From positions 10,358 through 74,357 of the forward strand of contig JAZNMQ010000072.1 of assembly GCA_045579745.1 (NCBI GenBank): DNA of 64,000 nt. Reading direction: 5' to 3'. The stretch comes from Candidatus Flemingiibacterium sp. GTDB taxonomy: Bacteria > Bacillota > Clostridia > Oscillospirales > CAG-272. Each line of letters starts with the position of its first letter. Position 1 is the stretch's first letter. The notes below the pieces were generated by a model that ran no database searches, had not been told where the DNA came from, and saw only the letters and a program-made list of their open reading frames with translations. This document shows positions 35,872 through 45,105 of the stretch, one piece after another. The position numbers and the translations under genes are program-made.

Positions 35872-36864
35872 ATGAACAACTTCTCGCAAGACGGCAGAAT
35901 TTTTTATACCGATAAAAGTAAAAAACCGCCGCTTAACTTTAAAAAGATAAAAAATATCATAATTATCGCAGTAGCTGCGATAATCGTGCTCTCGCTGCTT
36001 TCGACCTGCTGGTATACAGTCGATGAAAAGCAGCAGGCGGTCGTTACGACATTTGGAAAGGTAACTGATGTAACCGACGCGGGTATTCATTTTAAGCTGC
36101 CGTTCGGTATTCAGCTGGTAGACCTTGTTGATGTAAATGTATATCAGAAGATCGAACTCGGCTATCGCACCAATTCAAAGACAGACAGCTACGATGTTAT
36201 CGAAAAGGAATCAAAGATGATCACGGGCGACTACAACATTGTTAATGTTGATTTCTTCGTCGAATTTAAGGTTTCCGACCCCGTGAAGTATCTGTACAAT
36301 TCGCGCATGCCCGAATCGATTTTGAAGAATCTCATTCAAAGTCAGATTCGCGCGGTTGTCGGTTCTGCGACTGTCGACCAGGTATTGACAGACGGTAAAA
36401 CCGATATCCAGATTCGCGTAAAGCAGCTCGTTTCTGAAATTCTTGAGGAATATGATATCGGACTCACATTGACCGATATCAAGATTCAGGACTCCGAGCC
36501 GCCTACAATTTCGGTAATTGAAGCGTTCAAGGCGGTTGAAACCGCAAAGCAGGGCGCTGAAACTGCAATAAACCAGGCTAAGGCATATTCGAACTCAGAG
36601 CTTCCCAAGGCGCAGGCTGAGGCTGACCAGCTCATTCAGAACGCTGAATACTTAAAGCAAAACCGTATCAATGAGGCTGTAAAGCAGGTTGCACGCTTTG
36701 AAGCAATGTACGACGAATATTCGAAGGATCCCGAGATCACCCGAATCCGTATGTACTACGAAATGATCGAGCAGGCTCTTCCGGGCGTTACTCTTTATAT
36801 CGACGGAAGTGACGGAACAACCGAAAAGCTGCTTCCCCTCGATGATTTCGCAAATACGAAATAA
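35872..36864 (+). CDS. hflK: FtsH modulator HflK (SPFH domain)
   Basis: EQAVV.TFG-type N-terminus, GIHFKLPF, MITGDYNIVNV, LTDGK, ITRIRMYYE; RBS GGAGG before ATG 35872. Confidence 0.88.
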   Translation: MNNFSQDGRIFYTDKSKKPPLNFKKIKNIIIIAVAAIIVLSLLSTCWYTVDEKQQAVVTTFGKVTDVTDAGIHFKLPFGIQLVDLVDVNVYQKIELGYRTNSKTDSYDVIEKESKMITGDYNIVNVDFFVEFKVSDPVKYLYNSRMPESILKNLIQSQIRAVVGSATVDQVLTDGKTDIQIRVKQLVSEILEEYDIGLTLTDIKIQDSEPPTISVIEAFKAVETAKQGAETAINQAKAYSNSELPKAQAEADQLIQNAEYLKQNRINEAVKQVARFEAMYDEYSKDPEITRIRMYYEMIEQALPGVTLYIDGSDGTTEKLLPLDDFANTK

Positions 36865-36887
36865 CTTGACGAAAGGAGATTATTCAA

Positions 36888-37763
36888 ATGAAAAAAGGTT
36901 TAATAATAGTCGGCGCGATACTTGTGCTTTTGATAATTGTCGCATTTAATGCCTGCTATACGGTTGCTGAAAATGAATATGTATGCGTAATGCGCTTCTC
37001 TGAAATCGTCGATGTTGTTGACAACGCAGGTATGCATTTCAAGGTTCCCTTTATCGATGACACCCGCAAATTCCCGAAAACAACGCTTATATACGATATT
37101 CCGCCGTCTGAGGTGCTCACATCGGATAAGAAGAATATGACGGTTGACAGCTACATTATCTGGAGAATCGCTGACCCCCGTACATTCTACCGTACGCTCG
37201 GCACTACGGGCGAGGCTGAGGCTCGTCTGAATGCAGTTACATACAACGCACTCAAAAATCTGATGGGTACATTAAAGCAGGACGACATCATCAATACCGA
37301 GGATGCTTCAGGCAGAAACGATATCTATTCAGGCATTACGACCGAGGTTTCGGAGCTTTGCGCGACCTACGGTATCGATGTTATGGATGTCAGAATCAAA
37401 CGCTTTGACCTCGCACAGAGTAACGAGGATGCCGTTTACGACCGCATGATCTCTGACCGTAATCAGATCGCCGAGAAGTACACTGCTGACGGTGAATACG
37501 AGGCTTCGATCATTCGAAATGATGTTGACAAGCAGGTAAATATCATCGTTTCCAACGCGGAAGCTCAAGCCGCACGACTCGTTGCAGAAGGCGAGCAGGA
37601 GTATATGCGTCTGCTTGCCGAAGCCTACAACACGAGCGACAAGAAGGACTTTTACGAGTTCACGCGTGCGCTCGATGCTCTGAAGGCATCTCTCACAGGA
37701 GAAGACAAGGTCGTTATTCTTGATGGCGACTCTAAGCTCGGACAAATTTTGATGAAGCCGTAA
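36888..37763 (+). CDS. hflC: FtsH modulator HflC
   Basis: GMHFKVPFID, LTSDKKNMTVDSY..WRI.DP, DVRIKR, DRMISDR, FYEFTRAL. Confidence 0.9.
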   Translation: MKKGLIIVGAILVLLIIVAFNACYTVAENEYVCVMRFSEIVDVVDNAGMHFKVPFIDDTRKFPKTTLIYDIPPSEVLTSDKKNMTVDSYIIWRIADPRTFYRTLGTTGEAEARLNAVTYNALKNLMGTLKQDDIINTEDASGRNDIYSGITTEVSELCATYGIDVMDVRIKRFDLAQSNEDAVYDRMISDRNQIAEKYTADGEYEASIIRNDVDKQVNIIVSNAEAQAARLVAEGEQEYMRLLAEAYNTSDKKDFYEFTRALDALKASLTGEDKVVILDGDSKLGQILMKP

Positions 37764-37777
37764 AATACGGTTTTAGT

Positions 37778-37821
37778 GGACTGCCGCACCGCCCAAAAGC
37801 GTGGATGCGGCAGTCCTTTTT
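37778..37821 (+). terminator. Terminator of hflKC
   Basis: GGACTGCCGCA/TGCGGCAGTCC plus T-run. Confidence 0.85.
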
Positions 37822-37973
37822 GCATCGGAAATTTGAGGATGGCAAAATTTTAGGGGTTTCATTTTGAGCCTTAACCGCTTATAATATTAATAAGCAACAA
37901 TCATAATGCGAAACTATATCTACGCGAAACCGTCGCGAATCTCATTTCGCATGCAGAAAGGACACAGCTCAAA

Positions 37974-38561
37974 ATGGAACATATACTTATAAGCCCCGGC
38001 AAATTAAAATTGATGCTTACAAAGCACGACCTTGATAGATATAAGCTCGACTGTGACGAGATCGATAACGAAAATGCACTTTCAAGAAACTCTTTTCGCG
38101 AGCTGTTTGATGATGTGAAGCGCGTATCGGGCTTCGATGCAACGGATGACAAGGTGTTCATTCAGTTTTACCCATCGCGCGATGGCGGAGCGGAGATCTA
38201 CATAACAAGGCTGAGAGAGAAGAAGCCGTGCGAATGTGAATACGGTGATGCAAGCATTCGTATCATGTCGGTTTGCAGCTTTGAATCTATGCAGCGCATG
38301 CTTGAAGCGTGTGCACATATGTCGGGGGCTCTGCCGTATGAAAGCTCGGCGTGGAGCGGAGAGGGGAAGTATTTTCTGATCTGCGAGGATCAGGTGACCT
38401 GTTATGACTATCTCCACGGCAACAGACCGCTTGAAAAACGCAAATTTATTGGCGATTATGGACATATTATATCTGATCAAACTGCTATAAATTATGTAAA
38501 AGAGCATTGTTTTTGCTTTTGTGAAAAAAATGCTGTTAAAATTCTTTCGAATATGGTATAA
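37974..38561 (+). CDS. mecA: MecA-family ClpC adaptor protein
   Basis: ME.I.IS..KLKLMLTKHDL N-terminus; IQFYPSRDGGAEIYITR; C-terminal EHC..(F)...A. Confidence 0.7.
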   Translation: MEHILISPGKLKLMLTKHDLDRYKLDCDEIDNENALSRNSFRELFDDVKRVSGFDATDDKVFIQFYPSRDGGAEIYITRLREKKPCECEYGDASIRIMSVCSFESMQRMLEACAHMSGALPYESSAWSGEGKYFLICEDQVTCYDYLHGNRPLEKRKFIGDYGHIISDQTAINYVKEHCFCFCEKNAVKILSNMV

Positions 38562-38617
38562 TATAATTTGGTATAATATAGTTAATATTAATCCATCGCT
38601 CGAAAGGACTGAATCAA

Positions 38618-39181
38618 ATGAACTGGGAAGAGCTTGAAAGCTCGTGCGAAGCTTGCCGGAGGTGCCCACTTGGCGAAACTCGAACAAAGCTCGTGTTTGG
38701 CACGGGAAACAGGTCAGCGCGGCTGATGTTTATCGGTGAAGCTCCGGGTGAAAAAGAGGATCTGTCTGGAATACCGTTTGTCGGTGCGGCAGGAAAGCTG
38801 CTCGACCGCTTCCTCGAGGCTGTAGATATTTCGCGCGAGGATGTTTATATAGCAAACATTTTGAAATGCAGACCGCCGAGGAACCGCGATCCGCTTCCCA
38901 CGGAGGAGGACGCGTGCATAGATTGGCTTCGTGAGCAGGTAAAGCTTGTCAGACCTGAGCTTATAGTATGCCTTGGGCGGATTTCGGCGATGAAGTTAAT
39001 TAAACCCGATTTCAAGATAACGAAGGAGCACGGAATATGGTTTGAGCGCGGTGGTTACCGCATGTGTGCGCTCTATCATCCGTCCGCGCTCCTGCGTGAC
39101 CCGAAAAAGAAGGAAGACATGCTTGCCGACATGAAGATGCTGAAGGCGGAGCTTGATAAAACAGTCGGAGGTATGGCTTGA
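38618..39181 (+). CDS. Uracil-DNA glycosylase, family 4 ([4Fe-4S])
   Basis: CEACRRCPL, FIGEAPG, KCRPPRNRDP, YHPSALL. Confidence 0.92.
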   Translation: MNWEELESSCEACRRCPLGETRTKLVFGTGNRSARLMFIGEAPGEKEDLSGIPFVGAAGKLLDRFLEAVDISREDVYIANILKCRPPRNRDPLPTEEDACIDWLREQVKLVRPELIVCLGRISAMKLIKPDFKITKEHGIWFERGGYRMCALYHPSALLRDPKKKEDMLADMKMLKAELDKTVGGMA

Positions 39182-40215
39182 TGAAGGTTTTGCTTTTCAT
39201 GACGGGCGGAACTATCTGCTCGTTTAGCAATGAGTTCGGGCATCTTGCTTCCAATACTGACGAGGCGGTTCCGGTTCTTGTTGACCATCTTCGCGACGAG
39301 GGCTATGAGGACGTGGAATTTGAAGTCGTTCGGGCTCTTGACACACTCAGCGAGAATATGACGTTTTCAAAGCTGAATTTAATCCTTGACGCATTCAGGG
39401 AGCTTGAAGGACGCATCGATTCGTTCGACGGGGTGATAATCGCACACGGAACGGATACTCTTGCATATACATCAAGCCTGCTTGCACTCGCGCTTGCAGG
39501 ATATTCAAAAAAGCCTATTTTCCTCGTTTCAAGCAACCGGACACTTTCCGACCCGAGCGCGAACGGACATGCCAATTTCAGAGCGGCGGTTGACCTTATA
39601 GCCAACAATTTCGGAGCCGGAGTTTATGTGCCATACCGTAATTCAGACGGTGTGATGTACATTCACCACGGTGCGCATTTGAAGCAGTGTGCGAACTTTA
39701 CCGATGATTTTTACTCATACGATATGATGCCGATAGGTGAGGCAAGACCGTATAGCATAGCTGTAGAATATCCGCTCCTTTCAAGCCTTGGCAGTCTTTG
39801 TGACTGCGTTGTGCGTGTCGAGCCGTATGTCGGACTTGACTATTCGATATATAATTTCCCAAAGCGGATCCGCGCGGTGCTTCACGGAAGCTATCACTCG
39901 GCGACCGCTTGTATTGAAAGACGGCATTCGGGACAAGCCTTTTCTTCACGCTCACTGATTTATCTGTTAGACAGATGCAAATGCGATGGAATTGACGTGT
40001 TCTTAACACCGCTCAAGGCCTCGCAAAAAAGTGATATGGCAGGCTCTTATTACACGATGGTAGACCTTATTTCGCATGGTATCAAGCCGATATTTTCAAT
40101 GACGAGCGAATGCGCGTACATGAAATTGGCGCTCGCATACTCGCTCGGATACGAACGGGAGGAGGTAGAGCTTTTCCTCGAACGCGAAATTGCGTCGGAA
40201 AAGCTTGACTATTGA
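39178..40215 (+). CDS. L-asparaginase-family protein (cytoplasmic type)
   Basis: TGGTI and HGTDTLAY catalytic Thr motifs. Confidence 0.8.
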   Translation: MMKVLLFMTGGTICSFSNEFGHLASNTDEAVPVLVDHLRDEGYEDVEFEVVRALDTLSENMTFSKLNLILDAFRELEGRIDSFDGVIIAHGTDTLAYTSSLLALALAGYSKKPIFLVSSNRTLSDPSANGHANFRAAVDLIANNFGAGVYVPYRNSDGVMYIHHGAHLKQCANFTDDFYSYDMMPIGEARPYSIAVEYPLLSSLGSLCDCVVRVEPYVGLDYSIYNFPKRIRAVLHGSYHSATACIERRHSGQAFSSRSLIYLLDRCKCDGIDVFLTPLKASQKSDMAGSYYTMVDLISHGIKPIFSMTSECAYMKLALAYSLGYEREEVELFLEREIASEKLDY

Positions 40216-40853
40216 TGAAAAAAATGAAATACAAGATCATTGCGTCGGATTCGCTTTATCGAAGAATGCTGAAGCTTGAGCTTGATAGGCTCGGCTTTAT
40301 CGAAGCGGGGGATGACGCGAACGATTACCAGGTGCTGTTAGCTGAGGGGCTCACAGAGCTTCCACCGGTCAGACGTCTTCGAGGAGCTGTATTTATTGAC
40401 TGCGGACTTCTTATGGCAACGCTTCCCGAGCAGGTTAAGGTGCTTTTGCTTGAACGCCCGTTTTCGCTTTTGGAGCTTCGTGAGTTTTTGTGTGAGCTCG
40501 CGGAAAAGAGCTTGCTGACCGAATCTGATGACAATCAGCTTATTATTTCCCGTGAGGACCTGACCGTCACATACGGCGAGCATGTAATTAAGCTGACACC
40601 GCGTGAGTTCAATCTGCTCGATTATCTTCACTCGCGCCCCGGAACAATCGTACGACGTTCCGAGCTTCTTCGTGAGCTGTGGAAGGATGAAAATGCACGC
40701 GATACAAACGTAGTCGATGTATATGTTCGCTTTTTGCGCTCAAAGCTCGATGAACCGCTTGGGGTGAGGCTGATACGCGCTGTCCGAGGCGAGGGCTATG
40801 TTTACTCGTACGAAAACGAAATGGCGCAGCCTATGGCGGGCGCTCACGAGTGA
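40212..40853 (+). CDS. OmpR/PhoB-type winged-helix regulator with degenerate receiver domain
   Basis: LTPREFNLLDYL, LLRELW, TNVVDVYVRFLRSKL, IRAVRGEGY; the N-terminus lacks the canonical acidic receiver residues (QVLLAEG where DLILLD is typical). Confidence 0.75.
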   Translation: MMKKMKYKIIASDSLYRRMLKLELDRLGFIEAGDDANDYQVLLAEGLTELPPVRRLRGAVFIDCGLLMATLPEQVKVLLLERPFSLLELREFLCELAEKSLLTESDDNQLIISREDLTVTYGEHVIKLTPREFNLLDYLHSRPGTIVRRSELLRELWKDENARDTNVVDVYVRFLRSKLDEPLGVRLIRAVRGEGYVYSYENEMAQPMAGAHE

Positions 40854-40868
40854 GAGGTGTAAGCTTGA

Positions 40869-42155
40869 ATGAATAATTACGATCTGCTTATAGACAATGC
40901 TAAAATTATCGGATCAAACGGCTCCGATACAGTTTGCCGCATTGCGGTAAAGGATGGGAAAATTGCCGCTATTCTTAGCTGTGATGAGGGCGAAATCAAG
41001 GCTGACGAAGTAATTGACGCTGACGGTAAATACATAATTCCCGGGCTAATTGACCTGCATGTGCATTTTCGCGAGCCGGGACTTGAGTATAAGGAGGATA
41101 TCGCAAGCGGTTCACGATGTGCCGCGGCAGGCGGTGTAACATCCGTTTTTACTATGCCGAACACCAAGCCGGTTTGCGATAACGAAGAGGTTCTCTCTTA
41201 TATCCAAAATAAAGCACATATCGCCGATTGCCGTGTGCATCAGTTAGCGGCGATCACAAAGGGACTTGAAAGCAAGGAGCTTTGCGATATGGTTTCGCTT
41301 GCAAAGGCAGGCGCGGCGGCGTTTTCCGACGACGGAAAGCCCGTTATGACGGCGAAGCTTCTGCGTGATGCGATGAAGCTTGCGGCAGAAAACGACCTTC
41401 TTATCATGTCGCACTGCGAGGATATGTCACTTGCATCGGGCGGCGCGATAAACGAGGGTGAGATAGCTGAGCGACTTGGGCTTGGCGGAATATCGAATCT
41501 CTCGGAGGATATCGCGATCGAGCGGGATATTATGGTTGCTGAGGAAACGGGGTGCAGACTGCATATCTGCCATGTTTCAACTCGCGGCGGTGTTGACTGC
41601 ATTCGCAGGGCAAAGGCACGCGGAGTTCGTGTTACCGCTGAAACCTGCCCTCACTATTTCATTCTGACTGACGAGGCTGTGCTGAAATACGGCTCAAACG
41701 CTAAGATGAACCCTCCGCTTCGAAGCCGCGATGATGTTGAAGCGATAATTGAGGGAATAAAGGACGGAACGCTTGACTGCATATCGACCGACCATGCTCC
41801 GCATTCGAAAGAGGAAAAATGCGAGGATATTGCAAAATCCCTCAACGGAATAATCGGCTTGCAAACATCGTTTATCGCCTCCTATACAGCGCTTGTCGCA
41901 AACGGTCACATTAGCGCGCATAAGCTTATTTCGCTGATGTCGGCAAACCCTGCGCATATTACCGGCCTTGATAAGCTGGGGCTCGGAAGAATCGACCTCG
42001 GATGTCCTGCAGATTTTGCGCTCGTGACGCTCGGATGTGAGAACAAGGTTCTCGAATCCGATCTGCGCGGAAAATCGACCAATACGCCGTTTATCGGCAT
42101 GACATTCAAAGCGAAAATTGAGGCTACATTCGTTAACGGAATCAGAAAGTATTAA
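40869..42155 (+). CDS. pyrC: Dihydroorotase
   Basis: PGLIDLHVHFREPG, MPNTKP, FSDDG, SHCED, HICHVST, ETCPHY, KMNPPLR, TDHAPH. Confidence 0.95.
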   Translation: MNNYDLLIDNAKIIGSNGSDTVCRIAVKDGKIAAILSCDEGEIKADEVIDADGKYIIPGLIDLHVHFREPGLEYKEDIASGSRCAAAGGVTSVFTMPNTKPVCDNEEVLSYIQNKAHIADCRVHQLAAITKGLESKELCDMVSLAKAGAAAFSDDGKPVMTAKLLRDAMKLAAENDLLIMSHCEDMSLASGGAINEGEIAERLGLGGISNLSEDIAIERDIMVAEETGCRLHICHVSTRGGVDCIRRAKARGVRVTAETCPHYFILTDEAVLKYGSNAKMNPPLRSRDDVEAIIEGIKDGTLDCISTDHAPHSKEEKCEDIAKSLNGIIGLQTSFIASYTALVANGHISAHKLISLMSANPAHITGLDKLGLGRIDLGCPADFALVTLGCENKVLESDLRGKSTNTPFIGMTFKAKIEATFVNGIRKY

Positions 42156-42176
42156 TTTTGAAAGGATATAAACACT

Positions 42177-43091
42177 ATGTCATTTGAACCGCTTATTCAA
42201 AAAATCAAGGAAAAAAACAATCCTACCGTTATGGGACTTGATCCCGTTCTCGATTATATCCCGATGCACATTCGCGATGCGGCTGTAAAGGAATTTGGCG
42301 ATACCTTCAAGGCGGCAGGCGAAGCGATTTTCAACTTCAACAAGGGTCTTATTGATGCAGCGGCAGAGCTTGTACCTGCTGTAAAGCCTCAGTCCGCGTT
42401 CTATGAGATGTACGGAATCGAGGGACTTATCGCTCTTGAGCGCACGATCGAATATGCAAAAAATGCAGGACTTTATGTTATTCTCGATGTAAAGCGCAAC
42501 GATATCGGCTCGACTGCCGAGGCATATGCCAATGCCTTTATCGGTGAAACCCAGCTCTTTTCGTCTGCCGCAAAGGCAACTCCCGTTGACTGCGTAACGG
42601 TAAATCCTTACCTCGGAATTGACGGAGTTAAGCCGTTTATCGACACTGCCGCTAAATTCGACAAATCGATGTTCATCCTTGTTAAGACCTCAAATAAATC
42701 CTCGGGCGATTTCCAGGACCTCGAAATCGGCGATACGACCCTTTATCGCAAGGTCGGAGCAAAGGTTGAGGAATGGGGAATGCCTTACATCTCCGAGTCG
42801 GGCTACAGCCCCTGCGGAGCGGTCGTCGGCGCGACATATCCGAAACAGCTCACCGAGCTTCGTGCCGCAATGCCTCACACATTTTTCCTGATTCCCGGCT
42901 ACGGCGCGCAGGGCGGTGCGGCTAATGACATCGCAGGCGCGTTTGATAAAAATAAGTCCGGCGCAATCGTAAACTCCTCCCGTGCACTCATGTGCGCTTA
43001 CAAGACAGCAAAGGACGATGGAACAAACTACCAAAAATGTACGCGCGACGCTGTCATCGCAATGCGTGATGATATCTGCTCCGTACTTTAA
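42177..43091 (+). CDS. pyrF: Orotidine-5'-phosphate decarboxylase (long subfamily-2 form)
   Basis: MGLDP, VKPQSAFYE, DVKRNDIGSTA, TVNPYLG, LVKTSN, VVGATYP, LIPGYGAQG, NSSR. Confidence 0.95.
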   Translation: MSFEPLIQKIKEKNNPTVMGLDPVLDYIPMHIRDAAVKEFGDTFKAAGEAIFNFNKGLIDAAAELVPAVKPQSAFYEMYGIEGLIALERTIEYAKNAGLYVILDVKRNDIGSTAEAYANAFIGETQLFSSAAKATPVDCVTVNPYLGIDGVKPFIDTAAKFDKSMFILVKTSNKSSGDFQDLEIGDTTLYRKVGAKVEEWGMPYISESGYSPCGAVVGATYPKQLTELRAAMPHTFFLIPGYGAQGGAANDIAGAFDKNKSGAIVNSSRALMCAYKTAKDDGTNYQKCTRDAVIAMRDDICSVL

Positions 43092-43109
43092 TAAAGTGAG
43101 GAAACCTAT

Positions 43110-43895
43110 ATGAGTCTGAAAGATAACGGAAAAATCATCTCCAATCGACGCATAACCGAAGCTGCGCAGCTTTACGATATGCTCATCGAATGCCCCGAAA
43201 TCGCAAGAGAGGCGATGCCGGGTCAAATCGTTCATGTGCTTTGCGGAGAGGGAACAACTCTTCGCCGTCCGATATCCATCTGCGAGTGCGAGGGCGATTG
43301 TATTCGTCTTTGCTATGAGGTTCGCGGAAAGGGAACCGATTGGATGGCAAGAAGAAAAGAGGGCGACACAATCAGCCTGCTTGGTGCGCTCGGACGCGGC
43401 TTTACTCAGAAAAAAGGCGCGCACGCTCTGCTCGTTGGCGGCGGAATCGGCATATATCCGCTTCTTTCAATCGGAAAGGCTTGCGACAGTGCAAAGGCGG
43501 CATTCGGATTCCGCACAGCATCGCTTATCAATTCCACCGAGCTTTTCACCTCGCACGGTATTGACGTCGAGGTCATTACTGACGACGGTTCAAGCGGCAG
43601 AAAGGGTTTCGTAACAGAGCTTGTCAAGGACGCGCTGGCAACGGGTGAGATTGATATCGTTTATGTTTGCGGCCCACGTCCGATGATGGCTGCAGTTGCG
43701 GCAATCTGTGAGGAAGCCGGAGTAAAATGCGAGGTTTCTATGGAAGAACGCATGGGATGCGGCGTCGGTGCTTGCCTTGCGTGCGTTTGCAAGACGATGT
43801 TTGTAGACAATCAGGGCGTGACCGGAGAAAAATACAAGCGTGTTTGCATTGACGGTCCCGTGTTCGATTCAAAAGAAATTATCTGGAGGGCATAA
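43110..43895 (+). CDS. pyrK: Dihydroorotate dehydrogenase electron transfer subunit
   Basis: LRRPISI, VGGGIGIYP, CGPRPMM, MEERMGCGVGACLAC, VCIDGPVF. Confidence 0.95.
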   Translation: MSLKDNGKIISNRRITEAAQLYDMLIECPEIAREAMPGQIVHVLCGEGTTLRRPISICECEGDCIRLCYEVRGKGTDWMARRKEGDTISLLGALGRGFTQKKGAHALLVGGGIGIYPLLSIGKACDSAKAAFGFRTASLINSTELFTSHGIDVEVITDDGSSGRKGFVTELVKDALATGEIDIVYVCGPRPMMAAVAAICEEAGVKCEVSMEERMGCGVGACLACVCKTMFVDNQGVTGEKYKRVCIDGPVFDSKEIIWRA

Positions 43896-43896
43896 A

Positions 43897-44805
43897 ATGG
43901 ATTTGTCAGTAAATTTTGCAGGTGTAACACTCAAAAATCCCGTAGTAACCGTTTCGGGAACCTGTGGCTTTGGCGCAGAATATTCGCCCTACTATTTGCC
44001 CGAACAGCTCGGTGCGATTGCCGTTAAGGGCATGACCTTAGCTCCAAGACTCGGCAACCCTCCGCCTCGAATTGCAGAAACACCCTCGGGTATATTAAAC
44101 AGCATCGGACTTCAGAATCCGGGCGTTGAGTCGTTTATCGAAAACGACCTTCCCGATTTAAAGGCAGACGGAGCAACCGTTATTGCGAATATTTCGGGCT
44201 CAACCATCGCCGATTATTGCCGCGTTGCCGAAATATTGTCCGAAACTGAGGTTGATTTTATCGAGATGAACATCTCCTGCCCGAATGTTAAAGAGGGCGG
44301 CGTAGCGTTCGGTACAAACGCAAAAACGATTCACGAAATCACCTCAGAGGTTAAAAAGCACTCTACAAAGCCGATAATCGTAAAGCTTTCACCGAACGTA
44401 ACCGACATCACGGAGATGGCGCGTGCGGCTGAAGCGGGCGGTGCGAATGCACTCAGCCTTATCAATACGCTTCTCGGAATGCGCATTGACATCAAAACGA
44501 AGCGTCCGATTCTTCACAACAATGTTGGCGGACTATCGGGCCCTGCTGTGTTCCCCGTTGCGGTTCGAATGATATGGCAGGTCAGAAACGCTGTAAGCCT
44601 GCCGATTCTCGGAATGGGTGGCGTTGCAAGTGCCGAGGATGCAATCGAAATGCTCATTGCAGGAGCAGATGTGATAGGCGTTGGAACAGCGATGTTCCCG
44701 AATCCCTATCTGCCGCTTGAGATAATCGACGGAATTGCGAAATATATGGAAGAAAACGGCATTAAGAATGTCGCAGATATTTCGGCAACCGTCAAGCCTT
44801 GGTAA
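43897..44805 (+). CDS. pyrD: Dihydroorotate dehydrogenase 1B catalytic subunit
   Basis: KNPV..VSG, GNPPPRIAE, NSIGLQNPG, EMNISCPN, VKLSPN, INTL, GGLSGPA; RBS GGAGGG before ATG 43897. Confidence 0.95.
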   Translation: MDLSVNFAGVTLKNPVVTVSGTCGFGAEYSPYYLPEQLGAIAVKGMTLAPRLGNPPPRIAETPSGILNSIGLQNPGVESFIENDLPDLKADGATVIANISGSTIADYCRVAEILSETEVDFIEMNISCPNVKEGGVAFGTNAKTIHEITSEVKKHSTKPIIVKLSPNVTDITEMARAAEAGGANALSLINTLLGMRIDIKTKRPILHNNVGGLSGPAVFPVAVRMIWQVRNAVSLPILGMGGVASAEDAIEMLIAGADVIGVGTAMFPNPYLPLEIIDGIAKYMEENGIKNVADISATVKPW

Positions 44806-44819
44806 GCTGATATAAGTAA

Positions 44820-44864
44820 AAGGAGCTGTCGCCTGCGCGAAATTGCGCGGTGCGACAGCTCCTT
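44820..44864. repeat. GAGCTGT(T/C)GC palindrome family copy, acting as bidirectional terminator
   Basis: AAGGAGCTGTCGC/GCGACAGCTCCTT perfect 13-bp arms between convergent pyrD and oadG-like genes. Confidence 0.7.
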
Positions 44865-44877
44865 GTTTGATTATATA

Positions 44878-45090
44878 TTAGTTGCTGCTTGCGTCTTCAT
44901 CCTTGGGCTTCTTTGAAAAGAGCTTGTTAAGAGCGACTGTTACGCCCCAAATAACGCCGATAACGATGAAGATTCCGAGCATGCCCATTCCCATGTAGCT
45001 GAGGTTTGAAACAAAGTTGAGCGGCTCGAACATTATCTCGGAGGAAGCAGTTTCTACGACCTCTTCAATTGCTGTTGTCATGTCTTCCAT
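44878..45090 (-). CDS. OadG-like small membrane subunit
   Basis: 70 aa, single TM (MGMGMLGIFIVIGVIWGVTVAL), directly downstream of the oadB-like gene with RBS AAGGAGG. Confidence 0.7.
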   Translation of the reverse strand: MEDMTTAIEEVVETASSEIMFEPLNFVSNLSYMGMGMLGIFIVIGVIWGVTVALNKLFSKKPKDEDASSN

Positions 45091-45105
45091 TGTTCTGACC
45101 CTCCT

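Noticed and set aside
42690-43424. Long antisense ORFs (also 25322-26014, 49177-49941, 50335-51021, 56038-56787, 63229-63918 and others)
   Set aside because: They are shadows of well-supported genes on the opposite strand, with no RBS or family motifs.
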